Positions 45,431-61,286 of a DNA stretch of 64,000 nt are shown here, one piece after another. The DNA is from the human T2T-CHM13v2.0 reference genome, Homo sapiens: NCBI RefSeq assembly GCF_009914755.1, contig NC_060928.1. The stretch is one strand, 5' to 3'. Within the stretch, counting starts at the first letter, position 1. Every line of letters begins with the position of its first letter. Position numbers and translations under genes: made by a program. A model generated the notes under the pieces. It was not told the DNA's origin, did not search any database, and saw only the letters and a list, made by a program, of their open reading frames with translations.

Positions 45431-47336
45431 TCTCAAATCCCGCTAGATTGGGCTTCAAAGCCCTATGGTTAATCACTGTACAAATGGCCTCTTTGTGCTA
45501 TCACCTGAACAGAAACAAATATAACATCCGTGACATCGAGAGAGCTGCTAATCCAACCATCTGCATTCAGGTTCTGCCTCTGTGCTCAGCCAGCCTGCCT
45601 CTGTAAGGCACTAACACACATTCTTTCTACCACTGACCTGCACTTTGGCATTCTCATCCTGTGGCTTTAATTAAATGTTAACATTCATTTGCCCTTTTCC
45701 ATTGTGTTAAAGATAACCTTTGCTTCCTGTCGCGTCTAGATAAGCTTCACTCCATGACAGGTACCAAATAGGTTCATCTTGATATAAAGTAAAGAATGGA
45801 GACTCTTTGATCCTCTCTGCTGACATATTTTAAAATGCCAGTATGAATATTTGTTTTGTACTTACTTCTTTTACGGAATGTCAGGATAATAAATTATTTC
45901 TGGATACTGCAGTAGCTGAAAGGTTCAAGTCCAAATTAGTCATACTAAGTGGCTTTGACCCTTCCTGAGAGTCAAACAGACTTATCTCTGAGACACTTTT
46001 GTTTCTAATAGTTGAAAATACATTATGGAGAGAGGTGCTGGTTGGGATTTAGAGGGTCACAATTTGCTGGTTTGGAGGAAGGTTATAAAGAGGTTTTCTG
46101 GATCTTTACTCATACATTCACTCTATTGGATGGGGGATGGCTTCTTGCTAAAGTGAGAAGAGCATTAGACTGAGAATCAGGCCTAGATTCCAGCCTCATT
46201 TTTGCCACAGATGCATTATGTGAGCTTGAACAAGTCTCTTATTTTCTCTGAACCCCAGTTGCTTTATTGTTTTAACAATTATATTTCATTAACAGTACAT
46301 AATTGAAGGATGTTATCTGATTTGCTCATCAGAATAAACTCATGAGATGCAGATTTGTATTCACATTTTACAGAAAAGAAAACTGATCTTTAGAGAAGTT
46401 AAGCAATATTCCCAAGGTCATAACACAGCTAGTAAAGGAGGTGGAGCCAGAATTCAATCGTGGGGCTATCCAATTTGGAAATCCATGCTCTTCACCATTA
46501 TAGCTACATTCATTGTTGGAGAGTTCTACATGTTTATGAGTGTACTCATTGTCGCTTTAGAGATGCTGCATGTATCTCCTAAAAATGTTTTTGGCAGATG
46601 ATCACTGTCTTTGATAGCCCATTGCAGTGATGCCATCTCTAATAGCATTTACTTTCCTAGCCTCGGAAAATTAGACACCCCCCTGGTTAGTCAGGGTGGT
46701 TATTGGCAGCATATATAAAATTATCTTGAATTTTACAGAAAGAAGAGAATTCTCTGTGTTTCTGAATTTTGGTACTAGGAGAAATATTATATTTTTATAA
46801 GTTATAATGTATTAGAAAAAGGATATTTTAAAATGTAAGAGAAAACAAGAGTTAAAGATGAGCTTGGAAAAGGAGAAATGGCAGAAGAGATTCCTCTTTG
46901 GAATGCATCTTACAACAACTAAATATACACAGAGTATCTATGACAATAAAACACTTCAAAATATTAGTAATATTTTATGTAGGTGATGGGATTATAGAAT
47001 TTCTCATTTCTTTTTTCTTTTTAAGCTTTGCTAAATTTTCTGTAATACATATGCATTGTTTTTGTGCTAAAAATAAGTGAAACACACACTTATGTACATG
47101 TCTGCAGCAAGCAAACAATAAACCATCTAGTAGTCTTAGGCTAGCTAACATCCCAGACAGCAATTTGTCTATGGCACATATCTAGACTAGGCTAACTGCC
47201 CAGGTTGGTCACATCAAAAAACATATGTCCCTTTGTTAATCTCTCTGATGTCATCCATTATTTCCAACCTAATTTCATATTAGATTATTAGTGCAAGGCT
47301 TTCCTAAAGCAATACACCTCTTAAATGATTACATGA

Positions 47337-47762
<426 letters not shown>

Positions 47763-48317
47763 TGAAATAGATCAAGTTTTTTCAATGCAATTAATGAAAT
47801 GCATTATCCTTTATTTATGCTAATTTTGTCCTCCATTCCATATGTCTAGACCCCTTGTACTAATTTTTGGCTATCCCACAGTTTCGTAATTGGCCTTACT
47901 CTTTCTCATGATTCACCAGCCATAGGCACAATGTCACTAGACTACTCTTTCTAAGATACATCAAGTGGGTCAATGCAGTCTTTGAGAATGTATGGTATTT
48001 GCCCCAATACCTATAATCCCCTCCAAAATAGCAGACAAAATAGTCTCTTCATAACCTGGTCCTCTAAGTTTGGTATCAAATCACATTTCCTTGATCTTCT
48101 AACATGCTTCAACCACACCTGCCTTTCTGCCACATGGTCATACTTTACTCAGCCCCTGGCCTTCTGCTTTGATTCTTATTTTTTTCTGGTCATTGACGGT
48201 CTTTTTTTCCCCTTCTGCTTATTTTCTTTCTAGTGTTATCTCTTCCTAAAGCCTTCTGCAATTACCGTGCCTATTGAAATTGCTCTTTTTCATCAGTCTT
48301 TAGTAATTAAACTCTTT

Positions 48318-48704
48318 TGTATTAGTCCATTTTCATACTGCTGTAAAGAACTGCCCAAGATTAGGTAATTTATAAAGGAAAGAGATTTAATGGACTCATA
48401 GTTCAGCATGGCTCAGGAGGCGTCAGGAAACTTACAATCATGGCAGAAAGCAAAGGGGTAGCAAGACACCTTCTTCACAAGGCAGCAGGAAGGAGAAGAG
48501 CAAGCAGGGGAAATGCCAGACACTTATAAAACCATCAGATCTCATAAGAACTCACTCTCTATAAAGAGAACAGCATGGGGGAAACCATCCCCATGTTCCA
48601 ATTACTTCCACCTGGTCCCATCCTTGACACTCAGGGATTATAAGGATTATGGAGATTACAATTCAAGATGAGATTTTGGGTGGGAACACAACAAAACCAT
48701 ATCA
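48318..48704 (-). mobile_element. THE1 solo LTR (MaLR)
   Basis: TGTATTAGTCC...ACCATATCA; TSD TCTTT on both sides. Confidence 0.92.
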
Positions 48705-48719
48705 TCTTTACTAAATATT

Positions 48720-49150
48720 TATTGTTGTTTTTTAACTAACACATAATAATTTACATATTTATAGGGTACATAGTGATGTTTCTATACACACCATGTATAG
48801 TGATCAGATCAGGGTAATTAACATATCCGTCATCTTAAAACATTTATCATTCTTTTGTGTTGGGAACACTCAGTATCCTTCTAACTATTTGAAACTAATA
48901 TATCATTAACTATAGTCATCCTATAGTGCTATAAAACACTAGAACTTATTCCTCCTATCTAGCTGTAATTTTGTATCCTTTAGCAAATTTCCCCCTACCC
49001 CTCTTTCCCCAACACTCTTCCCAGTCTTTACAATCCTTTGTTCTACTTTTTATTCTGTGAGATTAACTTATTTTAGCTTCCATATATGAATGAGAACTTT
49101 CTGTTCCTGGTTTATTTCACTTAATATGATGCCCTTCAGTTCCATATTGA
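48720..49150 (-). mobile_element. L1MA 3' end
   Basis: GGGTACATAGTGATGTT...GAACTTATTCCTCCTATCTAGCTG; followed by (TCTA)n at ~49195-49243. Confidence 0.8.
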
Positions 49151-50897
49151 TATTCTGTCATTTAGTAAGATTTCTTTTATTATTCTCTAGGTCATATCTC
49201 TATCTATCTATCTATCTATTTATCTATTTATCTATCTATCTATCATATCTGTATGCTGTGGCTCCCCAATATGGCTGTTAGTTGTAGAAAGGTAGGAGTG
49301 TAATCTGTATATTGTATTTTCTTTTTATCCCTATCAGTGTCTTGTACAGTGTTGAGAATATAGTAGGTACTTGATAAAATTTTGCTAAATCATATTTAGG
49401 TTCGTGATAACTGAGTTTAATCCTCCACCAAATAAATGAGATTTCGTCATTAGTAAATCAAATTTTAAGTACAAAGATCATTTAATTTTTAAAAAGTTCA
49501 ATAATTATTCACTTATTTTATCTGTTTTTGACTATAAACAGAGCATTGTTCATGCTCAAATGCTTAACTGGTTGAAAGAAGCTCTTCCTCTGACAACTTC
49601 CTGTCAAACGGTTATTTAAAACTCTCAAGTGTGTTGCTCTAGGAGAATGACACCACGGTGATTTAACATGGGATGATGCCTAAACAATGGATGACAGAAG
49701 AGTTATTAACAGGAAGCAACTATATTGCAGTGTCCTCAAAGACTCCTAAATAACAGGAAAGTTATCTTCACTCAACTAGCTGCCTGGTAAAGACTGTTGC
49801 CTCATTAACAATTGTTGCCTCTTTTATTTTACTGCCTTTATTTTTCTTTTACTATACTTTGCTGCTGTGGTTATTAAACTGCCAAAGCCAGTATGGAAGG
49901 AGGAGCTGTGTTTTGGAACCCAGTGTTCTCATCTGCATTCTCCCTCAGCGAGATTTTCTGTCATCAAATTAGCCTAGAGAAATAGCATGCTGATTAAAAA
50001 TAAGCTTTAAGTTCCATTGAAAGCTAGAAGTCTATTATTTGCCTAGATCCAGGCATAGAAAGGAAGACACTCAATATAAAAGAATTACCAGTTACATTCT
50101 GATTTCCATTGTCCTTTTAAAGTTAAATTATTTAAAAAATCTTATAGCAGAAAAATGGCTTGAAGTAGGTTTTATCTAATAACTTAGGTGGATAAACAAA
50201 AAAAATCAATTTGATCATTATTGCCCAATATTGCGTCTTATGTGCAGAACTTTATATTACTATAAAAATTTATTTTAGTATTCCTTCCAAGTATCCACTG
50301 AAAGAGCTATATGTTTTCCCTCCTTCCACCTTCAGCCCATGAAGACAGATCCTATTTTCTCAAATAATTTCTTAATGTTTAATGAATAATTAAACTGAAT
50401 TTCAAATATGTAAAGAGCTAAAGAGATCTCATGAGAGTTATGGACAGAAACCACCATATGTAAAATGCAAAAAAAGATTAAAATTTATCAATGGAGAATG
50501 ATCAACACTGAAACTGATGATGCCCACTTATATATTTTTTAGAATTTTTAGAAATTAATTGAATTTTATACTTGAAAAATAAGGATTTGTAAGCAATATT
50601 AAGCAATAGTGAAGTTTAGCTCTAGGTTTAGAATCAGAGAAACTGAATTTGACTTCTAGTGACATAATCTCTTACCAGGTGATAGGTTGGTCATGTGATA
50701 TCTTTTTCTGATTCTTAATAATGAGGATAATGTCATTCTTACTTTTTTCACCAGGTGATCTTTCAGAATAAGACTGTGAAAGTAGTTTGTACTCATAAGG
50801 TGCTCTAGAAATGTAAGTTATTATTTCTCCCATATCTATTGCTATATAAACTGTGCACTTTAAAGTTTTATCTATATGGAATAATTCTACCCTATGA

Positions 50898-51233
50898 GAG
50901 GGGCTCCCAACCCCCGGGCCACAGACCTGTACCAGTGTGTGTCCTGTTAGGAACTGGGATGCACAGCAAGAGGTGAGTGAGCATTACTGCCTGAGCTCTA
51001 CCTTCTGTTGGATCAGCTGTGGCATTAGAGTCTCATAAAAGTGCGGACCCGATTGTGAGCTGCGTATGTGAGGGATCCAGGTTGCATGCTCCTTATGAGA
51101 ATGCCTGATGATTGATGATCTCTGAAGTGGAACAGTTTCATTCCAAAACCATCCCTCCACTGTCGCCTAGGTGGAAAAATTGTCTTCCAGGAAACCGATT
51201 GGTCCCTGCTGCCAAAAAGATTGGGAACTGCTG
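50898..51233 (+). mobile_element. MER1B hAT-Charlie MITE
   Basis: GGGGCTCCCAACCCCCGGGCCAC...TTGGGAACTGCTG; perfect 8-bp TSD CCCTATGA (50890-50897, 51234-51241). Confidence 0.92.
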
Positions 51234-52117
51234 CCCTATGACATCTAAGAAAGCAAAGCTGTTTAGAAAGAAAACATAGTAGTTTATGCTGGGCACTAGC
51301 TATATGCTAGGCATTGTGCAAGCAGTATTTAACTTCATCTTCAAAATAACCCTCTGAGTTAGGGACACAATTATATCCGGTTTACAGGTGAAGAAATATA
51401 AGCCCAAAGAGGTTAAAAACTTGCCCAAATCAGGGCATAAATAGTAGAGTCAGCTGCATCCTAGATTTTCTCCAAATGCTGTCCCCTTCCCCACCATATT
51501 GCATTGGAGATCTTTTCTTTCATCACAGGATTTATAAAAGCAAAAGTCCACTTCAGGGAGGAGCCAACCCCCTTGATAAAGACATGAGGGGGACTTGCCC
51601 ATCAACAAAGAAGGTGCCAGATGCTTCCCTCTCAGATGGCCCTGGCAGCATGCCTGTTCCATAAATTGCCTCAGTGAGGCTTCTGCTACTACATCCCTTT
51701 ATTAAGGCCTTTCTGTGATTACTCTGCTGCTTTCTTTCCAATCTCTCAGATAAAAGAGCAAATAAGCAGATGAAAAATGCAGTCTAAAGGCTGAGTTAGA
51801 AAGAAACTGCACTATGAGAAGCAGGGAAAGTAACTAATATTTTCTAAGTCACTGTCATGTCTCTGCTTCTAAGTTGTCTTAATCCATTCACAACAATTTC
51901 CTAGAGCTGTATTATTATTACCACTTTTCACAGAATACATTTGCACTCAAAAAGATTAGGTAATTTCTCTTGGAACCTGGTTTGATTCAAATTGTTTCCA
52001 AAGTCTCCCTTTGTGTTATTACAATAGAATGCAAAACAAGGAATGAAGTACAGTGTAAGTTATTCATTATCAAGAGGGCTTCGTCAGTCCCAAAAGGGTA
52101 AAACATTGTTTCACGGT

Positions 52118-52471
52118 TGTCTTCATCTGTTTGGATTGCTACAATGAATATCACAAACTGGGTAGCTTCTAAACAACAGGAATATATTTCTCAGAGTACT
52201 ACAAGCTAGGAAGTCCAAGATGAAGGCACTGGCAGATATGGCATCTGGTGAGGGCCCATTTCCTCACCAGACACCTTCTTGCCATATCCTCACCTAGTCG
52301 AAGGGCTGAGGGTCTCTTTAAGGAGGACTGTTTTATAAAGTCACTAATCCCATTCATGAGGACTCCACCCTCATGACCTGATCATCTCCCAAAGTCTCGA
52401 CTCTTAATACCATTACAGTGGGTTAGGATTTCAAAATATACATTTTGGGGAAACACATTCAGACCACTGCA
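52118..52471 (-). mobile_element. MaLR LTR (MST/MLT1A-like)
   Basis: GGAAGTCCAAGATGAAGGCACTGGCAG, ACTAATCCCATTCATGAGG, ACATTCAGACCA. Confidence 0.85.
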
Positions 52472-52856
52472 ATATCTAAAAATCTTTCTCTTGCTATGTG
52501 TAAGGCATAGATATGCATATAGCACATAAACAAATATACAGTATACATGGGGTATTAAAATTTCATTGGAGAGGTGATTAGGAGAAAACATTTGAAAAAG
52601 CTTTTTAGGAGGACAAGGATGAAAAAAGGCTAAGAAACACAGGTGTAAAGAAAGAAATAATAACTAAAGTGAACTAAACTTGCAGGGATTTTGGCTCTCA
52701 TCAAGGTCCGGACGAGGTGCATGCTGTTTCTCCACTGCGTCAGCCATGGGAGATATCATCGTATATTTTAGAGCACATGAGGCAAAGTTGGGGGCACTTC
52801 TCAAAACCTGGTGAAATTCCATCGAATCCAATCAAAGTCCAGAAGAATCAGCACTA

Positions 52857-53224
<368 letters not shown>

Positions 53225-53226
53225 TA

Positions 53227-53305
53227 AACTCCTAGAATCAAGCAATCCTCCAGCCTCAGCCTCCCAAAGCTTTGGGATTACAGGCATAAACCACCATACC
53301 CAGCC
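53227..53305 (-). mobile_element. Alu left-arm fragment (apparent copy of 55613-55691)
   Basis: Shares GAATCAAGCAATCCTCCAGCC and the downstream flank with the Alu at 55.4-55.7 kb. Confidence 0.75.
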
Positions 53306-55398
53306 CAAGTTATTTTCAGTTAAAGAAACACAGAGAAATGGTTTGGCCCATGTATGGGCAAACCAAGTCTTTGCTGTGCTCCTCTCTCCACACACAACGT
53401 TCTACCATCACATCACAACCTGCCTTTCATTCTTTCATCCGTCTCCCAGGATGGAGTCAGCCCCTAGATTCATGCCTCAAAAAATCCTTGATTTCTCCAC
53501 CTCACATTCTTCTTTTGCCTCTTGGAATGTCCCATGTCTGCACAGAGTGTCGTACAGCCCAGACACTGCATTTACAAAGACCTGGATTTGAATTCTGACT
53601 CTGCAATGAATGACTGGGTGCAATTGATATATCCTCTTCTTATGCCTCAGTTTTTCCTTATGTAAAATGGGACTACTGATTTTTACCTTATGAGACAGTC
53701 ATGAAGAGAGAACATGGAAGCCATTTAGCACTGTGTCTGGTCAGTAGTAAGTATTTATTTGATGTTAATATACCAGGAATTTTGACAACTAAGTTATTCT
53801 CTTCTTAGATCTGAAACAATGTGTATGTGTATTACATATCAAACAATAAACATGTGTGAGCCATGAAAAATCATAACTCAGATGACATCTCCTTCAGGAA
53901 ATCCACATCCATATCCCTGTCTCCTCTCATCTACCTCTGAGCTGGTATACCTTTCTTTTGTTGTGTTCTTTAAACTGTGTTATAAATGGTCCGTTTACGT
54001 TCTGTCTCTTTCATTAGGCTGACTTCCCCGTCAAAAAAAATTCTGCCTTATGAAATTTCCTATTTTTACTACCTAAAATAAAGGTTTTTCATAACTTACT
54101 GTTAAATGATGAATGTTGGTGATATGTTTCCACTAGTTTGATTACCTGTGTTGCATGGATGTAGCATATATTTTCATCTTTGTCAGAAAGAATTTTATCC
54201 CTGTATCTTAAAGCTGGGACAAAAGGCCTTACCATTGAATACAATCTTACTTCTGTTGATTTAAAACTTGACTATATATGTTAAACCTCTTAATATAGAG
54301 AGAGGTATATATGAAATTTATCTTAAACCATAAAAACCTACACAGTTTATACTTCTTTCTTATTTCAGGATGTTTTCTCATTTATTATCAGTCTGTTTCA
54401 TATACCATGCATAATTCCAGGGAGAGACATGCAGGAGGTAATTTCTTTCTATCCTTTCTTGGGCTTCACAGCTAATTTTAGCAAATGCATTTGGCAGACT
54501 TTTTGTAGAGGTTCATAGTATTTATTTTGCAATTTTTCATTATGAGTTTCAAGAGCACAAAACCCAAATATCAGGGAGAAGAATGCATACTGATATCAGA
54601 CATGCAGTGTTCACTAGTAGCCCTTATCTACTGAATCGTAACAGCACTTAATCTTATAGGTACATATTGACAGCCAATTTATCTAATTACTCACATTCAC
54701 AAATTAATTGGAGTGATAACAGGATATATTATCCTCACTCTGACATGTTTTTGGAGGTCTTCAGGGAGACTTATTTCTTGAAACAACTGAACTCTTGAAG
54801 TCGTTTAAAAGGATCTGATTTATAATCATGGCTTAGAACGTATCTTCATTCCCTTGCTGTCCTTTTTTTTTCAATTAATGAAGATACTTCAATTAGAAAG
54901 TCATACAGCTTTGTTGGAATGACAATGTGAACCTTTTCATGGTTAAGCTCAATAGCCAATGTTACAATCTACACTTCTTTGAGATTTAACTAAAAGACAT
55001 ATTCATTGATTCAAGCAAATGCGTGTTCTTTTCCTAGTAACACTTTCTTCTTTATCCTTTGAAACTCCATGCAAATGCAAACATCACTTTCTCAGAAGCC
55101 TTTCTGGACTCCTTCCATATGTGATGAGGTTGGAAGCTTCTTCTCTGTGTTCACCTGGAACTCTGTGCATGCTGGGCACATTATACCATTTCACTGTGAT
55201 CTTTTATCTCTTCTGTTGTTAAGCAACAGATCAAGGACTGTTGCCTGGCACATCTTACAGGATAGGTACTAGGTCAGGGAAAAGGGATAAAAATCAGAAA
55301 AAAGGGGACCTTTCCTTGAGGAATCACATTTTACTAGGAAATACATAAAAGTAAACTAGCAATTAAAATTAAAGGTTAAAGTCTATGACCAAGATATT

Positions 55399-55800
<402 letters not shown>

Positions 55801-57536
55801 TGAGAGATAACTCCATGGATATTTCTGATGTGCTATTATTAAATTACACATTTAAAAAGATAGCTTAATAGCAAGCACCTGAGCAGCTAATACTTTTATA
55901 TTCTAATGTGTCCTCACTGTGTACATGGCCATTTGCTTTCACTATATGTAATTTTTAAAACGTAGTTTAATTCAATATTTCCTAAACACTAACTATAAGT
56001 GTGTTAATTGCTGTGAATGACATGAGGCTGAGTAAATTTGTCATCTTGGGAACTTATTTTGAGCTGGACCCTGTCTACATAATAGGTACTATACTAGTAT
56101 TTGTCCTAGGCCAGATTATTTAATTCTTGTGAAGACACGGGGAGGAAGATATTATCATTTCTATTTCAGAGATTAGAAAATTGATAATCAGAATAGTTAG
56201 GTAACTTGTTCAATGTCACACAGCTGAGAAGGGGGTAGAACGAGAACTAGGATCCTTTCACCCAAGCCTGGCTTCTTGTTAAACTAGTATATGGTTTCCC
56301 AGAGGAGTCACCATGCTATCTAGTGGTGGAAGATAAGACATGAACCCAAGTGGCCCTGTTATAAGAAGACTGTCCTAAACCCTGAATAAACCAAGAACAT
56401 TGACATTTAAGATAGAAAAATCCATAAAGGCTTCATGAAGAAGGCTTCATGCAAGAAAGTGGGAAAGATTTCCCAAAGACACGGTAAAAGGGAGATAGGA
56501 ACATCTAACATAATCTATAGTATCTATACTTCTGACAAGTTTCATACTGAAAAATAAGTAATAATTACTGTACTCTGAATACCTATTGTGATTTCAATTA
56601 TAATCAATATTCACTGAATGACTACTATGCATCTGGTAGTGAATGAAGCTGCATTATCTTATCTACTTTTCATTACGAGCTACGAAGTAGATGTTATTGT
56701 ATCTCATTCAATATATGAGGAAACTGAGGTAAAGGATTTAAGTAACTTGCCCAAGCCTCACAGTAAAATAAACTGCAGAGCTAGCATTCAAAACACTGTA
56801 TTACTTGACCTACTGTTAATATTTACGAAGTGCTTATCTCTGTGTCAGTCCCATAATAAGGGCTCAATAATAAGAGTTGCTACCATTTATTGCACATTAT
56901 TACAAAAGGCATGAAAGCAAGACTATGTACAACAATCTCAAAGAAGTCTACATGGTCGTTTTTGATGAGGGATTGGTGTTGGGAGGAGACATGTGGGCAA
57001 AGGCAAGTTGGGAGCACAAAAGAAGAATTTTCAAGGTCAGAAAGCATTTGACCTTGATTTGAGAAACGACTATCAAACAACAATGGTGTTACAGCAGGCC
57101 AGTAACCTGTAGAACCCAACTTATAAAGTGCGCATTTAAAATGCACATTTGAAAGTGAGAGATGATTGACCTAGACTTGGAAAGTGATTGAACATGAGCT
57201 GCAAGGGGGAAGGAAGATTAAAAGATGAGTTTTGGGGAATTGAGCTTAGGTAGATGAGTGGGATATGGTGGTAGATTAAATTAAATACAAGGCAAAGAGC
57301 AATAAAATCAGCCTTGGGTTGGGGCTGGGTCAAAGGCATGGAAGGAATTAACAGAAGGAAAATGACAACCCTGTTTGGAGAAACTTTGATTTATAGGAGC
57401 CAATGTGGTGTACATCTAATGATGTTCAGCAGGTTGTTAAAAATATGTGTGACTTAGTATAGCCCATGAGAGAAAAGGACAGGGTTAATTATATAGATTT
57501 TGAAATGATACAGAACTGTGCAATATTGCTCACTAA

Positions 57537-57919
<383 letters not shown>

Positions 57920-59991
57920 TAGTTTTATTTATTTATATTTGGTGTGCTTTCCAGTACCTGAAATTATGTACACCATATACATTTATCTTTATTTTTATTA
58001 TCAGTATTCTTCATTTCATTATTATAAGGAATTTATTTGACATTTTCATCACTGTATTTATAGATTCTAGATAAAACTTGGCATATTAGAGGGCATTCAA
58101 TGCATACATTTCATATGAATGAATGAGTATATAAATCAATGGGTCTCAGTTTTTATATCCCTAATGTAAAACACACATTCTTTATCACTAATAGGCCATT
58201 GATACTCCTAAGACCATGAGGAAATCTATGCACTATCTGCTCAGAAAAAGGCACAGACACTGCAATTTCTCATATACGTACAAAGGATTCACAGACATCT
58301 CAAGGCCCATAGATTCATCTAGAATTTGAGATGCAAAGCTATGGGCTCATCCAGCATTTCTCTCACTGTGAACCTTGAGGGAAACCTAAACTTAGGGATT
58401 TTGATTGTTTTTATAACTGATTTCCAAATATCTTAGTAAAAGTAGTGTGATATATATATGTGGGAGTATTAACTCTGGTTTCTACCCTAAAGCATGTGGG
58501 TGTTTGAAATACCCAAATTGGGAGTTCAAATTCCAGAGATGGCTATTGCAAATCTTGACAATATTTTTAGGACTTCTAGAAATATTATAAATTCGTAAAT
58601 TTAATCAATTTATAATATTGATAAATTTAATTATAAATTGATAAAATTCATTGGTTTTAAAAACTGTGGTTGGCTTAAATGACCACAAAAGCAACAAAGG
58701 TTGCTTTTGTGAACAAAATATGCAACCCAGCAAACCCAGCAGCCCTGCGTTCTGGAAACAAGCTCTGTGGCTGGGGTTCTGATGGGTCCATGTATGGAAG
58801 ATCTCTGAAACTTAGCTGTGTGAAAGGTAAGCTGACCCTGCTGTTAGAACATGTTCTGTCCACCACAGGGATAAACCCTTCCTGCAAGGTGCTCGTCAAA
58901 AAGCCTAAATGACAGAGATTGGAGACCCCACTGATGTCACAGAAAGAATGGCTTGATATGCACATATTTGTTTGGGTGTGTGTGTTTGCCAAATAATGGG
59001 TGGAATTATTGGGTCTGATATTTGCTTTCACTGTAACATAAAGAGAAGAAGATTTGGTTAATTATATGAATTTTTGAATGATCCAGGTTTCATGTCCTAT
59101 AAAGCCCAAGAGCAAAGTAAGAGGTCAAATAGCCTTCACCATTCACTAATGGTTAAAGCTTACAAATCCTTGCCAATTATACATTCTCAAATTAACCTAC
59201 ATTCATTTGCAACTGGTTGAGAGAAGAAAGGGGACACGATTAAATTGTAAGGAGACCTCAGAGAAATGGGAGGAGAGATAGAAAAGCACCACAACATTGA
59301 AAAAACAGCAGGAAGGTTTCAAGTGGGAAGGTGTTTGGTGGAGTTGACAAATGCTTCATACTTTGAAACATATAAGCACTAAGGGGAAAACTTTAGTTTT
59401 AAAATTAGAGATAAAATTGATTCCTTTTAAGAAAAAAAAATCAATAGAATGGCAGTGGAGTGGAAATTTTCAGAAAAAGAAATATTAAAAACTTACTGAG
59501 TTCTTCTTCTGTATAAAATACTGTGTCAGGTTTTGTTAGGAGAACACAATATATAAGACAGATTTTCTGAATTTTAACAATATTTGAATTGGGGATTTCT
59601 TCAACTGCAAAAGGAGATGTTATGAAAAATAGTGTCCAAGAATAATGAAACACAAAGAAGTTATTAATTATTTGTTTGGTTGCTTTTTCACTTATTCTGT
59701 TCTAATTTATTTATTTTATCCAGTTTATTCAATCTCCTTTTGGTAAAGTCGTACCAGGTTCTCCCTTTAGGTAGGTGCTTATACTCCATTTTCACTATAT
59801 GGCTAGTACAGTGACTATGTGACTATGTGATACATACCACCAGCTCTAACCATGGGCACAAATTGGGTTGAGACAATTGATATAATGCTTCACTGATAAT
59901 AATTGATTAAGGGATGAACCTATGGCTAAATTCAGGGCAATAAGAACGAGGTTCAGGAATTCTATTAGATACCTAAGGAATAGAAGTTCTC

Positions 59992-60183
59992 ACACACCGG
60001 GGCCTGTTATGGGGTCAGGAGACGGGGGAGGGATAGCGTTAGGAGATATACCTAATGTAAATGATGAGTTAATGGGTGCAGCACACCAACATGGCACATG
60101 TATACATATGTAACAAACCTGCACGTTGTGCAAATGTACCCTAAAACTTAAAGTATAATAATAAATAATAATAATAATAATAA
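59992..60183 (+). mobile_element. 5'-truncated L1PA (3' UTR only) with (AAT)n tail
   Basis: Perfect TSD AGAAGTTCTC (59982-59991, 60184-60193); GAG (non-Ta) state. Confidence 0.93.
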
Positions 60184-60907
60184 AGAAGTTCTCTTTTTTT
60201 ACAGTTGATAGGAGGAATTTAGGTTCAAAACTAAACCTTTTTTGTGCTACTTGAGGCTGAGCCTAGAATTCCCAGAGGTTCTCAGTCTGAAACACAGAAT
60301 CAAAGAAGAGGGGAAACAGGAATTAGGTGACATTATTTTAGCTGCTGAATTAAGCTTCACCTGAAGCTTCACTTTTAGTTTCTAAAAGTTTAGAAATGTC
60401 TTTAAACTTTTCAGCTATGTGAGTTAATATATTCTCATTGTTATTGAAACCAGTTTGATTTGAATTTTTTAAACTTGACATTAAAAAAAAGTCCTAATGG
60501 AGAAATGTCTTTCAGAGATTCTGGAAAAGCCAAGGTAGGGATGAAAGTTTATGAAGGCAAACAATGGGCTAAATCTAGAAAAATAGGTTGGAACCAGCAA
60601 TAAAGAGCCCTCCAAGCCTCCAAGGTATTTAAATTAGCTACAGATTGGGCTTTTAAATAATTCATCGTTCATTCCTCTGTGCTCTTAACACCTGCTCCTT
60701 AGGCCTCCAGTGGTTACTGATGTTGCCCAGTCATGGATTACAGCTCATTGTTCAAATGTTTCTTTTATCCACTAGATTGAATGAAAACTCCTCCAGTTTT
60801 TTTGAGGGCAGGGGTTATTTTTTACTCAAACTACTAACCTCACATCTCCTAGCATAATGCCTGTTACATAGTAAGTAGTTGTAGCAGGGAGGAATGAAGT
60901 GAGAACA

Positions 60908-61286
60908 TGTATTAATCCGTTTTCATACTGCTATAAATAACTGCCTGAGATGGGGTAATTTATAAAAGGAAAGAGGTTTAATCGATTCACAGTTCAGCAT
61001 GCCTGGGGAGGCCTCAGGAAACTTACAATCATGGTGGAAGGGGAAGGGGAAGCAAGGCACCTTCTTCACAAAGCAGTAGGAGGGACAAGTGCCTAGCAAA
61101 GAGGGGAGAGCCCCTTATAAAACTATCAGATCTTGTGAGAACTCACTCACTATCATGAGAACAGCACAGGGGAACCGCACCCATGATTCAATTACCTCCA
61201 CCTGGTCTCTCCCTTGACATGTGGAGATTATAGGGATTGCAATTCAAGATGATATTCGGGTGGGGACACAAAGCCTAACCATATCA
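60908..61286 (-). mobile_element. THE1 solo LTR (MaLR)
   Basis: TGTATTAATCC...ACCATATCA; TSD GAACA/GAGCA. Confidence 0.92.
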
